Position numbers and translations under genes: made by a program. Below the pieces are notes generated by a model. That model made no database searches and was not told where the DNA came from. It was given only the letters and a program-made list of their open reading frames with translations. A DNA stretch of 64,000 nucleotides from an uncultured Bacteroidia bacterium (GTDB lineage: Bacteria > UBA4055), in contig CAZYNH010000002.1 of NCBI GenBank assembly GCA_964648295.1, forward strand, positions 259,075 to 323,074. The letters are read 5' to 3'. Positions within the stretch are counted from its first letter, which is position 1. Every line of letters begins with the position of its first letter. Shown here in pieces: positions 55,461 to 64,000 of the stretch.

Positions 55461-57260
55461 ATGATGTCAGGAAGCATGAAAAATATTCTAATATCTCTCG
55501 TTGTATTTTACGGCGTTCTAAATGCGCAAAAAGCCGTTAAGATGAGCTCATCTGCTACAGATATCTTCAAAAACGATGTTTTTGAGCTGGAGATAAGGCT
55601 CGAAAATTTTAATTCTGATGTTTCTGTTCAGTATCCTTCATTCAATGATCTTCAAAAAATATCAGGCCCGTTCCAGTCGTCAAGTACTTCGATAATCAAC
55701 GGAACGATGACAAAATCTGTAACCCTGACTTATCAGTTCGCTCCAAAAAGAACGGGAAAGATAACAATAGATCCCGTTTCGGTCACCGACGAAGGTAAGG
55801 TATACAAGTCCGACCCCCTGACTGTTAATGTCTTTGAACAGGGTTCTGCGGCCAACAATTCAAGAGATATGTTCATAGTTGCGGAAATAAGCTCGAAAAA
55901 TGTCTTTGTAGGCGAGATGGTAAGGCTGGATCTAGTTCTCTATATAAAACCGGAGATCAGGCTAAGTGCCCCATCTGTTAAAACTGAGCCGAAATTTACC
56001 GGATTCGTAAAGGAAAATATAGAAATTCCTCAGGAAAAACTCAGAACTCTTGTTCAGACGATTTATAAAGGCACAAAATACAACACGCTGCCTTTAAGAA
56101 GTTACTGGCTGACGCCGACTTCATCCGGGGAAAAGGTTATTGAATCCGTGAGCGTCAATGTTCCTGTAGAAGTCAGAACTAAGAAAAAGAACAGGGGATT
56201 CTTCAACGATCCCTTCTTCGATGATGATGTTTTTTCAGGATTCAGCAGTTATCAGGATAAAACCGTACTTTCAGACGAGTTGAACCTGACAGTCACAAGC
56301 CTGCCTGAGCAGGGAAAACCTTCTGATTTTTCCGGTGCGGTAGGAACTTTCAGCATAATGTCTTCATTGGACAGGGATTCGGTTTCTGTCAACGAGGGCG
56401 TTAGTCTGAAAATCGTTATCTCAGGAACAGGCAATTTATCCGATATACGAGATCTCAATCTCAAATTCCCAAGAGATTTCGAGGTTTACGATCCTAAAAG
56501 GACGGTTTCATTAAACCAAGATAACAAAAAGAACGGAAAAATTACATTTGAGTATCTTCTTCTTGCAAGGAATCCGGGAAAACACGCCCTTAAAGATATT
56601 TCTTTCCCTTATTTTGATCTAAAGGAGAAAAAATACAGATCGGTCAGGACCAAAGACCATCTGGTAACTGTGTCAGGTGAAGGTAAGGCTTTTGCGGCTT
56701 CAAGAGCAGGCGGATTTTCAAGGCGGGATGTTGAAGTTCTGGCCAGCGATATAAGGTATATCAAAAAGGACCGGCCCGATTTCTATAAAATAGAATCAAA
56801 ATATTTTAACCCCGCAGAATTCTTTGCGAGATCAGGTGTCTCAATTTTTATTATAATCCTTTCCCTGTTCGTAAGAGTTTATATTTCAAAAAACTCGGGC
56901 AACGAAGCCCTGTCAAGACGGAAGAAAGCCGCGGCCAACGCGATCAGAAGGCTGAAAGAATCTTATAAGGTACTCGGTTATAAAGATTATCTGAAATTCT
57001 ATAAAACGCTTGATGAAGCCCTATTAAAATTCATTGCCGACAAACTGAATATAAGCCACGCGGGCATAGTGACAGATGAGATAGTGCCTGTGTTAAAAAA
57101 TTTGTCTGTTCCGGATGACATAATATCGGATTTTACAGGGCTTCTTAATAAATCCGCATCAATTCAATACGCAGCGAGCAAGCCCGGAGAAGATGAAATG
57201 GCTAAAGATATTGAAAAAGCGAAAGAGCTTATGAGCGAACTTATTGTGAGGTTAAAATGA
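55461..57260 (+). CDS. batD: BatD-family (oxygen tolerance) protein
   Basis: Signal peptide, Ig-like repeats (GPFQSSSTSIING, GKITI, GAVGTF, ISGTGNL, DFEVYDP), DIRYIK then TM. Confidence 0.82.
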   Translation: MMSGSMKNILISLVVFYGVLNAQKAVKMSSSATDIFKNDVFELEIRLENFNSDVSVQYPSFNDLQKISGPFQSSSTSIINGTMTKSVTLTYQFAPKRTGKITIDPVSVTDEGKVYKSDPLTVNVFEQGSAANNSRDMFIVAEISSKNVFVGEMVRLDLVLYIKPEIRLSAPSVKTEPKFTGFVKENIEIPQEKLRTLVQTIYKGTKYNTLPLRSYWLTPTSSGEKVIESVSVNVPVEVRTKKKNRGFFNDPFFDDDVFSGFSSYQDKTVLSDELNLTVTSLPEQGKPSDFSGAVGTFSIMSSLDRDSVSVNEGVSLKIVISGTGNLSDIRDLNLKFPRDFEVYDPKRTVSLNQDNKKNGKITFEYLLLARNPGKHALKDISFPYFDLKEKKYRSVRTKDHLVTVSGEGKAFAASRAGGFSRRDVEVLASDIRYIKKDRPDFYKIESKYFNPAEFFARSGVSIFIIILSLFVRVYISKNSGNEALSRRKKAAANAIRRLKESYKVLGYKDYLKFYKTLDEALLKFIADKLNISHAGIVTDEIVPVLKNLSVPDDIISDFTGLLNKSASIQYAASKPGEDEMAKDIEKAKELMSELIVRLK

Positions 57261-58018
57261 AGATCCGCCCGGCTCTAATAGCGACAGTTATGGCCTTATA
57301 CCTGCAGGTTCTTACAAGCGCTCCCCAGACGGATTTCGATGAGGCGAATTCATATTACGAAAAAGGAGACTACGAAAATTCGTGCAGGCTTTACGAAAAA
57401 ATTCTTTCTGACGGTTATGAGAACGGCAAGCTGTATTACAATCTGGGAAATTCTTATTATAAGACCGGGGATATAGTCAGGGCTATATTAAATTATGAAA
57501 GAGCATTAAAATTAATTCCGGCGGACACCGATCTTTTAGAGAATTTAAAGACAGCGAGACTTTCTCTGGCTGACAAGATAAATGATGAGACCGTTGTGCC
57601 TTTTTTTACTTTCTATAATGATCTCAGGAATCACCTCAACATTTATACCGCGAAGAATTATTTTTATTTCTCAGTATTCGCCTTTTCGATCATATTTTCT
57701 CTTTTCATTCTGTCCAGATCAGCATTATTTAAGAAAAGTTTTGCTGTTTTAGGCATGATATCCGCTGTAATATCAGTTCTGACAGCTTATACATACTACG
57801 ATATTTATACGCAGAATTCGGAAAGGCACGGCATTGTTGCTGACGATAAGATATCTGTGCTTTCTTCACCAGATGAGAATATAAACTCGAAAGAGCTTTT
57901 CTACCTTCACAGAGGAACGAAAGCGAAGATTACAAGATCGAACGATCAATGGCTGGAGATAGAGATCGACAGCGAAAAGAAAGGCTGGGTCAGAAAAGAG
58001 GCTGTGATCGAGATATAA
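57257..58018 (+). CDS. batE: BatE-family TPR + TM + SH3 protein
   Basis: FDEANSYY, LYYNLGNSYYK.G...AILNYERAL, LH.GTK, W.EI....GWV. Confidence 0.85.
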   Translation: MKIRPALIATVMALYLQVLTSAPQTDFDEANSYYEKGDYENSCRLYEKILSDGYENGKLYYNLGNSYYKTGDIVRAILNYERALKLIPADTDLLENLKTARLSLADKINDETVVPFFTFYNDLRNHLNIYTAKNYFYFSVFAFSIIFSLFILSRSALFKKSFAVLGMISAVISVLTAYTYYDIYTQNSERHGIVADDKISVLSSPDENINSKELFYLHRGTKAKITRSNDQWLEIEIDSEKKGWVRKEAVIEI

Positions 58019-58029
58019 AGCTTTTTGGG

Positions 58030-58068
58030 AAACAAAAAAAGCCGGAACTGAGTCCGGCTTTTTTGTTT
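58030..58068. terminator. Bidirectional intrinsic terminator
   Basis: AAACAAAAAAAGCCGGA-actgag-TCCGGCTTTTTTGTTT between convergent genes. Confidence 0.88.
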
Positions 58069-58078
58069 GTTGAGTGTA

Positions 58079-61000
58079 TTATTTTAAGGGTCTTTCAGTT
58101 TCCAACTTTATCGTATTATCTTTCGTGGCATTCTTCGATACAATATAGTAGAATTTTTTTGTCGCGGAATATTCAACAGAATACTGACTTGTTGTCACAT
58201 TAGCCTCGAATGTGAAAGTGCCGTTCGGGTCCGAAGACGAATAGACATCGTAGTTTGTGGCATCGGCCGAGTCGTCCCAGTCTATCACAATATTACTTCC
58301 CGCCATGCTTGTAACAATATTGGATGGAATTCCGGGGATGACAGAGGCAGAAATTTCGACTTCCTCTGCATTCGAAGGCCCTGATTCCGTAACAGGGTCG
58401 GTGTAAGTTGCTGTCACATAGTAGCTGTAACTGCCGTTAGAAAGCCCGTTGTCATTGTATGTCAGGGTCGCAGGATTTGCTATCGTAGCTATTGAACTTC
58501 CGTTCCTGTAAACCTTGTAACCGCTCAGGTTCGCTCTTGTCGTTCTCGGCTGTGACTCGAGGTCAGCCTTTGGAGGTTCTTTTCCGCGGTAAACCGATCT
58601 TCCGTAAACGCGGTTATCTTCGACTTCCTCGAAATCCTGACTAAATACAGGTTCGCCCTTTGCGTTATTGACGCTGATATCGTCTATAGCCAGAACGAAA
58701 GAATCGTTGGACACACATGTTATAGCCAGATATACGGTCTGTCCGGCATAGGCTGAAAGATCGTAACTGTACTGGGCCCATGATGCTGTTGATTCAACAT
58801 AGCTTCCGGCAGAGATTATTGTAAAATCGCCCTGAGCAGTCCCGGTAGTTGAAATTCCGACTTTGAATCTGTCTGCGCCCCAGTCCATTTTTATTGATTT
58901 TGCGTAAAAACTGAAGCTGTACCCGCTTCCGAGCAGAAGCTGGGGAGTGATCAGCCAGTCGTTATTCGGCGCAGAGGCTGCAAGAACAGCGAAACAGGCA
59001 GCGTATTTACTTCCTGTACGGGGAGCCCATGCTCCGGTCAGCGCGGGAGTTGTCTGGGACGGGTTGAATATAATATAAGATCCGATATAGCTTTCGTTAG
59101 TAAAATCAGCGTCGGTACTTCCGTATGCCGTACCGCCGTCGCCGTCTATCTGAGTCCAGTTGGCGAATGTGAGAGCGAAGTCTGAGTATTCCTCGAAGCT
59201 GTCAGCGAATGTATCAGGCTCTTCAAAATCCGGCGCTTCCCAGCTCAATGACACATTGGCTCCGTTAGCAACTGCAGCGAGTTCTTTGGGAGGATCAGGA
59301 AGTACAGGCGCCGATTCGGTTTTGAATGTCATATTGGAGCCGTAAGAGGTACCTTCGCTGTTAACTGCTTTGATCCTGTAGTTGTATGTTGTGTTCTCAG
59401 AAAGTCCGGTCAGGTTCGCGCTTACTGCAGTGTTGCTTGTGCCGGTCACTGTACCCGGTACGGCCGCCACCGAACTGCCGTAGGATGTTGTAAGCCCGTA
59501 CTCGAATGTGACTGTCGTTGAGTATCCGTTGGCGTTCACAGTGCCGTTCAGGACGGCTTCTTCTACGGATACAGAATTTGCGGCTTGTGTCGATACTACC
59601 GGGGGATAGGAAACTGTTTCAGTGGTTATCGAAATATTATCGATGTCCCAGTAATAGCCCCATGTGCCTGTATAGTTCCACTTGAATTTTACCTGAGGCT
59701 GATTAGCTACCGCAGCGATCACCTGGCTGAAGGATGCGGGATTAGCGCTCGTGGCCGACCATGACTGTATCACCGTCCAGTTAGTGCCGCCGTTGATACT
59801 GTATGAAAGCGTAGCCGATGAGCCGGTGTAGGACCTGAAATAGTGCGAAAAAGCCAGTGTAATATTAGTAGCGCCTGTCATATCGATCAAGGGAGTTACA
59901 AGATCAGCGTTCTGGCTGTTCCCGCTTCCATATGCGTCACTGTTAAGATATGCGTAATTTCCGTCGGCACCTGAGAGACCGCTCGTATGGGTACCGAACT
60001 GCCATACCTGCCCGTTGCCCTGATTGTCAACGATCTTCCATCCTGCCGGAAGTGTTGTTCCCGCGTTAAAGTTTTCGTATAGCGGCAGAGACATAGCCGC
60101 TTCAACGACAGACACGGTCCATGTGGCAGAATACGAACCGGGTCCGTAGGTATTATTCGCCAGAACCTTCCAGTAGTAAGTTCCGTAATTTAAGTTCGCT
60201 GATGGAGTGTATGTACTGGATGTCGGGTTCTGGTTAATTTCTGGCGAGCTGAAATCTGAATTATTATCTACCAGTATGGTATACGATGTTGCCCCGGAAA
60301 CATCATTCCAGTCAAATGTTGGTGTCATATCCCCCGTTGAGCTTCCGTTGGACGGGCTTGCAAGCGTCGGCGTCCCGGGCGCCGCTCCGATGTTTACTGT
60401 CCACGCCGATGAATATGAGCTTGAACCGTATGAGTTGGTTGCTAGAACTCTCCAGTAATATGTCCCGTATGCAAGGTTGGACGACGGAGTATAAGTTATG
60501 GCGGCGACTGTCTGATTTACCTCCGGCGATGAAAAATTTGAGTTGTTGTCGACCTGAATTGTATAAGAAGTACCGCCTACATTGCTCCATTCGAAAGTCG
60601 GGGTCTGATCTGTGGTGCCTCCGCTGTTGGACGGGCTCAAAAGAGTTGGTGTCGGTGGCGGTGTAGTTCCTGTCGATACCGTTATATCAAGAAATTTCGT
60701 TTCTGTGTTGAATCCGGTAACTGTAAGTTTTGCAGCATCCGCTACAAGTGATTGAGATATTGTAACATTTCCGGATGCGTCGGTGAATCCTGCATAGGTG
60801 TTGCCGTTCTGATAAAGTGATACAAGCGCATTCTGGAAGTTGGATCCGGCCGCTTTAATATTCGTAGTAAATGGAACACCTACGGTTACAGATGTGTTGG
60901 AAACTGTAAGTAACTTCGGCGGATCTGTTCTTAACTGAAGCGATACATCCCCGAAAATTATCCAGGCTTCCTGTGTGTCTTTAGTCGCGGCATCCGTCGG

Positions 61001-62680
61001 GGCTTCCTGGAGCATAAGATTAGACGCATTGCAGCAAACAGTTCCCACTGTCGTTCTCTGTTCTGTTACATTTATTCCGTCGCCCGGCTGCGATGAATAA
61101 TCATAGCCGCCTTTTATGATATCGTTATAGTAATCCTGGGCTTTCATCGGAGGCAGCCATGGCTGGCTTATTGAAGAGAACCATCCTCCAACTGCACCGC
61201 CGTTCGTTTTTCTCAGCCACGATTCCGCGAAACATGGTTTTGACGCATATTCGACATTACCCACAAGGCAGGCAACTGATACTACAAAAGGAAGCATATC
61301 GCCGTTCGTAAGAGTAGCCACGTCAGTGTCATAAAGATAACCGCCGTAAATTGATTGAAAGCAGTCATAACTTCCGTGTCCTGTATAGTTTATGATCGAT
61401 CTTCCGTTGTTTACATATCCAAGTATTGTCGCTTTTGTGACATTGTTAGCCTGGTATGCCGTGCTGACAGAAGCATAAGTAAACGGTAGTTGTTTGTAGT
61501 TTATAATGATATCCGAATGGGCCTGGTCTCCTTCACCGTCATCACCTGATCCGGCTCCCTCGTTTGAGGCTATGCCAAGGCCTTTTTCGTACCATGTTCC
61601 GCTTGGAGTAGGATTCTTTTCATAATTGATAGCTTTGTTTATCTGGTTAGTCAGTTCAGCTTCTGAAGAAACAGAGAATCTGCCAACTAAAACATCAATA
61701 TACTGGTCCGATCCTACTGTGCATCCGAGCATCGGGTCCTGAGCTCCGGTCGTGGATGTAACACTGTTAAGTACCTGAGATTTCAGGTTCGGGAAATCTC
61801 CGACTATCTGGGCATAAAGGATGTTAGTATTCAGCAGGTACTGGTTTTTTATATCCTGCGTTACATACAAGTCCGTTCCGTTGGGTTTTTCAAGTGTATG
61901 AACGGTAAAACCCTTCTGTCTTTTCCAGTCTATCCATGGCTGAATTGCGGCTAATCCTCCGTTATTTGGAGTATAGATAACAAGTATTTCACCGTGTCCG
62001 CCTATTGGAAGGGCTTTGGTTTCATTATAATTCAGGAAGATGCTTTTATACATACCGCTCATTTCAGGAAAAACCTGTTTCGGTTTTACAGTCACAGGAT
62101 TGACCGGTTCACTGTCATTTTCGATAAGCGATATTCTAAGATTTTTATAAATCCTGAGCGTTTTTGATGCGAAATTATACTGATAAGGGTAAACGATAAT
62201 GTTCGTCCCTCTTACATCTCTCATAATAAAAGGGTCAGTTATCTCCGCAATCTTTCCGGGGTACCATTCATTTTTTACAGATCCGTCGGCGATTCTGTAG
62301 GGTATCTCGTCAATTTTCTGGCTTCTTGAGATTATTCCTCTTGAAGGAAGGAGCGGATATTTCAGTTCGATGTCTTCGTAACCGTCGAAAGAATATTTCA
62401 TTTCGACATTCCTGTCTTCCTTAAGCTGTACCGCTGTTGCGTGATACGGAATCTCGGCGTATCCTTCATCTACAGTAAAAACGCTCCCGGCACCTTTAAT
62501 CACGCTGTAACTGATTCCGCCTTTCTCTACTGTCGTAACGATGAAATCCGCTACATTAAAATCAAGGAGCATTTCAGAATCTGATAACCTGCTGTATTCA
62601 ACAGTAAAACCTCTCCCGGTTTTTGAGAAAACCGTTACGGCAATTATTAAAAGCGCCGCAACAAAAAAACACTTCTTCAT
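58079..62680 (-). CDS. Secreted C25 (gingipain-family) cysteine peptidase with propeptide, Fn3-like and cleaved-adhesin domains
   Basis: Signal peptide; propeptide RDVRG..YP.QY; VGRFS; catalytic INYTGHG and VSVACLVG; FAESWL; GDVSL; two adhesin-like domains (W..DN, NDWLITP). Confidence 0.9.
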   Translation of the reverse strand: MKKCFFVAALLIIAVTVFSKTGRGFTVEYSRLSDSEMLLDFNVADFIVTTVEKGGISYSVIKGAGSVFTVDEGYAEIPYHATAVQLKEDRNVEMKYSFDGYEDIELKYPLLPSRGIISRSQKIDEIPYRIADGSVKNEWYPGKIAEITDPFIMRDVRGTNIIVYPYQYNFASKTLRIYKNLRISLIENDSEPVNPVTVKPKQVFPEMSGMYKSIFLNYNETKALPIGGHGEILVIYTPNNGGLAAIQPWIDWKRQKGFTVHTLEKPNGTDLYVTQDIKNQYLLNTNILYAQIVGDFPNLKSQVLNSVTSTTGAQDPMLGCTVGSDQYIDVLVGRFSVSSEAELTNQINKAINYEKNPTPSGTWYEKGLGIASNEGAGSGDDGEGDQAHSDIIINYKQLPFTYASVSTAYQANNVTKATILGYVNNGRSIINYTGHGSYDCFQSIYGGYLYDTDVATLTNGDMLPFVVSVACLVGNVEYASKPCFAESWLRKTNGGAVGGWFSSISQPWLPPMKAQDYYNDIIKGGYDYSSQPGDGINVTEQRTTVGTVCCNASNLMLQEAPTDAATKDTQEAWIIFGDVSLQLRTDPPKLLTVSNTSVTVGVPFTTNIKAAGSNFQNALVSLYQNGNTYAGFTDASGNVTISQSLVADAAKLTVTGFNTETKFLDITVSTGTTPPPTPTLLSPSNSGGTTDQTPTFEWSNVGGTSYTIQVDNNSNFSSPEVNQTVAAITYTPSSNLAYGTYYWRVLATNSYGSSSYSSAWTVNIGAAPGTPTLASPSNGSSTGDMTPTFDWNDVSGATSYTILVDNNSDFSSPEINQNPTSSTYTPSANLNYGTYYWKVLANNTYGPGSYSATWTVSVVEAAMSLPLYENFNAGTTLPAGWKIVDNQGNGQVWQFGTHTSGLSGADGNYAYLNSDAYGSGNSQNADLVTPLIDMTGATNITLAFSHYFRSYTGSSATLSYSINGGTNWTVIQSWSATSANPASFSQVIAAVANQPQVKFKWNYTGTWGYYWDIDNISITTETVSYPPVVSTQAANSVSVEEAVLNGTVNANGYSTTVTFEYGLTTSYGSSVAAVPGTVTGTSNTAVSANLTGLSENTTYNYRIKAVNSEGTSYGSNMTFKTESAPVLPDPPKELAAVANGANVSLSWEAPDFEEPDTFADSFEEYSDFALTFANWTQIDGDGGTAYGSTDADFTNESYIGSYIIFNPSQTTPALTGAWAPRTGSKYAACFAVLAASAPNNDWLITPQLLLGSGYSFSFYAKSIKMDWGADRFKVGISTTGTAQGDFTIISAGSYVESTASWAQYSYDLSAYAGQTVYLAITCVSNDSFVLAIDDISVNNAKGEPVFSQDFEEVEDNRVYGRSVYRGKEPPKADLESQPRTTRANLSGYKVYRNGSSIATIANPATLTYNDNGLSNGSYSYYVTATYTDPVTESGPSNAEEVEISASVIPGIPSNIVTSMAGSNIVIDWDDSADATNYDVYSSSDPNGTFTFEANVTTSQYSVEYSATKKFYYIVSKNATKDNTIKLETERPLK
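60105..60663 (-). repeat. Two tandem ~95-aa Fn3-like repeats inside the C25 gene (boundaries approximate)
   Basis: PTLLSPSN..TDQTPTFEW..TSYTIQVDNNSNFSSPE..YGTYYWRV vs PTLASPSN..DMTPTFDW..TSYTILVDNNSDFSSPE..YGTYYWKV. Confidence 0.85.
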
Positions 62681-62770
62681 TTCTTCTCCTCGTTTTTGGT
62701 TTCTATTTATTTTTTCTACTTGTGCGGCTGCAGTTTTTACATGCGATCAGCGTAATTTGACCTAATTTTG

Positions 62771-62799
62771 AATTTATATTACATCCGCTTGGTTGTCAA
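62771..62799 (-). promoter_or_regulatory. Promoter for the C25 gene
   Basis: Minus strand TTGACA-17 nt-TAAATT. Confidence 0.6.
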
Positions 62800-62879
62800 G
62801 TTTAAAAAATAATTTTTTTTTGTTTATTTTAAAAATTTCCTGTTATTATATTGGAACAGACAGTTATCGGGGAGGATTT

Positions 62880-63436
62880 ATGAAAAAAAGGCGACTAATA
62901 ATGATTATGGCAGCCATAGTTTTTACAGCATGGGGGGAAGAGATCAGTACCTCGCCTGTAAATCCGGAATTTCTGAAGCAGACGGAACAAAGGGAGAACG
63001 GAATTCTTGTCACAAAGACAGAAGAAGGTTATTCTCCGGGTTACACTTATCCTATCCTTTCGAAACTGCATACTCCGGATATGCGAATCCTGTTATTGAG
63101 ACGGGCGTGTTCTGGTTCAGTTCAACATGGACTTCAGCCGGACAGGGAACTTCATACTTAAGAGATCCCTGTGTTAAATCCTACGGGGCGGTAATAGAAC
63201 TCGGTATTCCTCAGAACGTAGCTACTTCGGTTACCGGATCGGACCTGACCGTTTCATGGAGCGGGGTAACCGGCGCGACTTCTTATGTAGTTTATTCTTC
63301 CGATGATCCTTACGGTACTTTCGCAATAGACAATTCAGGCTCTTTCAACGGAACACAATAGACGGCATCGATCGTTAATCAGAAAAAATTCTACTATGTG
63401 ACAGCGACGAACGCGAAAACGAAAGTTCATAACTAA
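62880..63436 (+). pseudogene. Remnant of a secreted protein (C1A papain/lectin-like type) with internal deletion, frameshift and in-frame TAG
   Basis: GGAGG SD, signal peptide and SPVNPEF N-terminus; frame change near 63057; TAG at 63359-61 interrupts a C-terminal module that continues KKFYYVTATN to TAA 63436. Confidence 0.7.
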
Positions 63437-63502
63437 CTGAAGGTCAGCAGAGAAGATAAATTAGAATAAACCTTTATGAATTTTTATAAAGTGCCTGAGC
63501 GA

Positions 63503-63958
63503 TCAGCTCTTTTTTATTTCATCACCGCTTTTAACTGCTCCGTCTACAACCACTTCCGCGAACAGAAAATGCTTGGGCAGAGGGCACTCTCCTTCCAGCC
63601 TGCCCCACGGGCAGTATTCGAAGCAGGTCATGCCTTTTTCGGTGATCCTGATCTTCGCGGTTTCTCCTATCAGAAAAACATCACCAGTGTTGACAAGCGC
63701 GAGGTCTAGACCTTCGGTCGTAAAAGTTTCCTTAAAATCCCCCGGCGAAACCGCGAAGTCCGACCCCGTGCCCGCACGCGGGCACTGCGCCTGCTCACTG
63801 AGCAGCTCGACCGAAGTGACAGAGATCTGTCTCGCACCCTGTTTGTTATAGGCGTCACCTTCAAGGCCGACATCTTTGATCAGATCGCCGGAAACGATCT
63901 GCTCTTTCGGCTCTTTCTTGTCGCGGGTAAAGTTGATGTAAGCGATCTTTCCTTTCAT
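63503..63958 (-). CDS. MOSC domain protein
   Basis: GLEGDA, RQIS, PGDFKETFT, GDVF.IGE, C motifs, FAEV..DG.VKSGDEI. Confidence 0.85.
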   Translation of the reverse strand: MKGKIAYINFTRDKKEPKEQIVSGDLIKDVGLEGDAYNKQGARQISVTSVELLSEQAQCPRAGTGSDFAVSPGDFKETFTTEGLDLALVNTGDVFLIGETAKIRITEKGMTCFEYCPWGRLEGECPLPKHFLFAEVVVDGAVKSGDEIKKS

Positions 63959-63959
63959 A

Positions 63960-64000
63960 TCATATCCTTAAGAATTGAATTTTGTCGCCGGCTTGATATT
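63960..64000 (-). CDS. 3' end of an upstream gene, possibly MoeA-like
   Basis: Frame reading YQAGDKIQFLRI* stops 1 nt before the MOSC ATG; resembles MoeA C-termini; only 12 codons visible. Confidence 0.25.
   Translation of the reverse strand, partial: YQAGDKIQFLRI

Noticed and set aside
63359-63361. Pyrrolysine or alternative-code readthrough of the in-frame TAG
   Set aside because: TAG is used as a normal stop by core genes here (rplA, pdxA); the same locus also has a frameshift, and TGG to TAG is the simpler explanation
97-63851. Numerous short antisense or out-of-frame ORFs in the track (e.g. 1435-1791, 4924-5403, 12395-12985, 22777-23448, 53148-53801)
   Set aside because: They lie inside well-supported genes, lack SD or motif support, and are expected shadows

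Overview
A mostly core, gene-dense chromosomal window from an anaerobic diderm bacterium. BatD/E, an OstA-like protein, a PASTA-only protein, folK-dck and a C25 gingipain-family protease suggest the FCB superphylum, possibly Ca. Delongbacteria or a relative (inference, unverified). Contents in order: rplK(3' end)-rplA-rplJ-rplL-rpoB-rpoC; tRNA-Phe; an acyl-CoA ligase/GNAT fusion; the dnaX-ebfC-recR operon; a 4-gene accessory islet (AbiEi, AbiEii, HAD, XRE); folK-dck-HD-GYP-rsmB; ppi-PASTA-cdsA-rsfS-coaX-ostA-lptB-rpoN; msrBA; a DUF3857 pair-earP-efp operon; GT9-ackA; SRP RNA; pdxA; AOR-moaD-ppnP; asnS-mce; batDE; a 1533-aa gingipain-like protease; a decayed secreted-protease pseudogene; and MOSC. 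No CRISPR array, rRNA, integrase or transposase was seen. Most notable signals: (1) an A10 run in the dnaX linker with near-immediate stops in both shifted frames, a candidate tau/gamma slippage site; (2) a candidate zinc-ribbon form of ribosomal protein bL38/DUF4295; (3) an AbiE toxin-antitoxin operon with a coupled HAD phosphatase, a possible phospho-switch; (4) a shared ~70-aa C-terminal module on two secreted proteases that lack a T9SS CTD; (5) a ~150-aa novel beta-prime insertion; (6) an earP/Arg32-efp pair in an unexpected lineage; (7) a 22-bp-phased palindrome array; (8) a dual-start msrBA; (9) an SRP RNA with a UAAC tetraloop. All family assignments come from motif recognition by eye; no searches were run.
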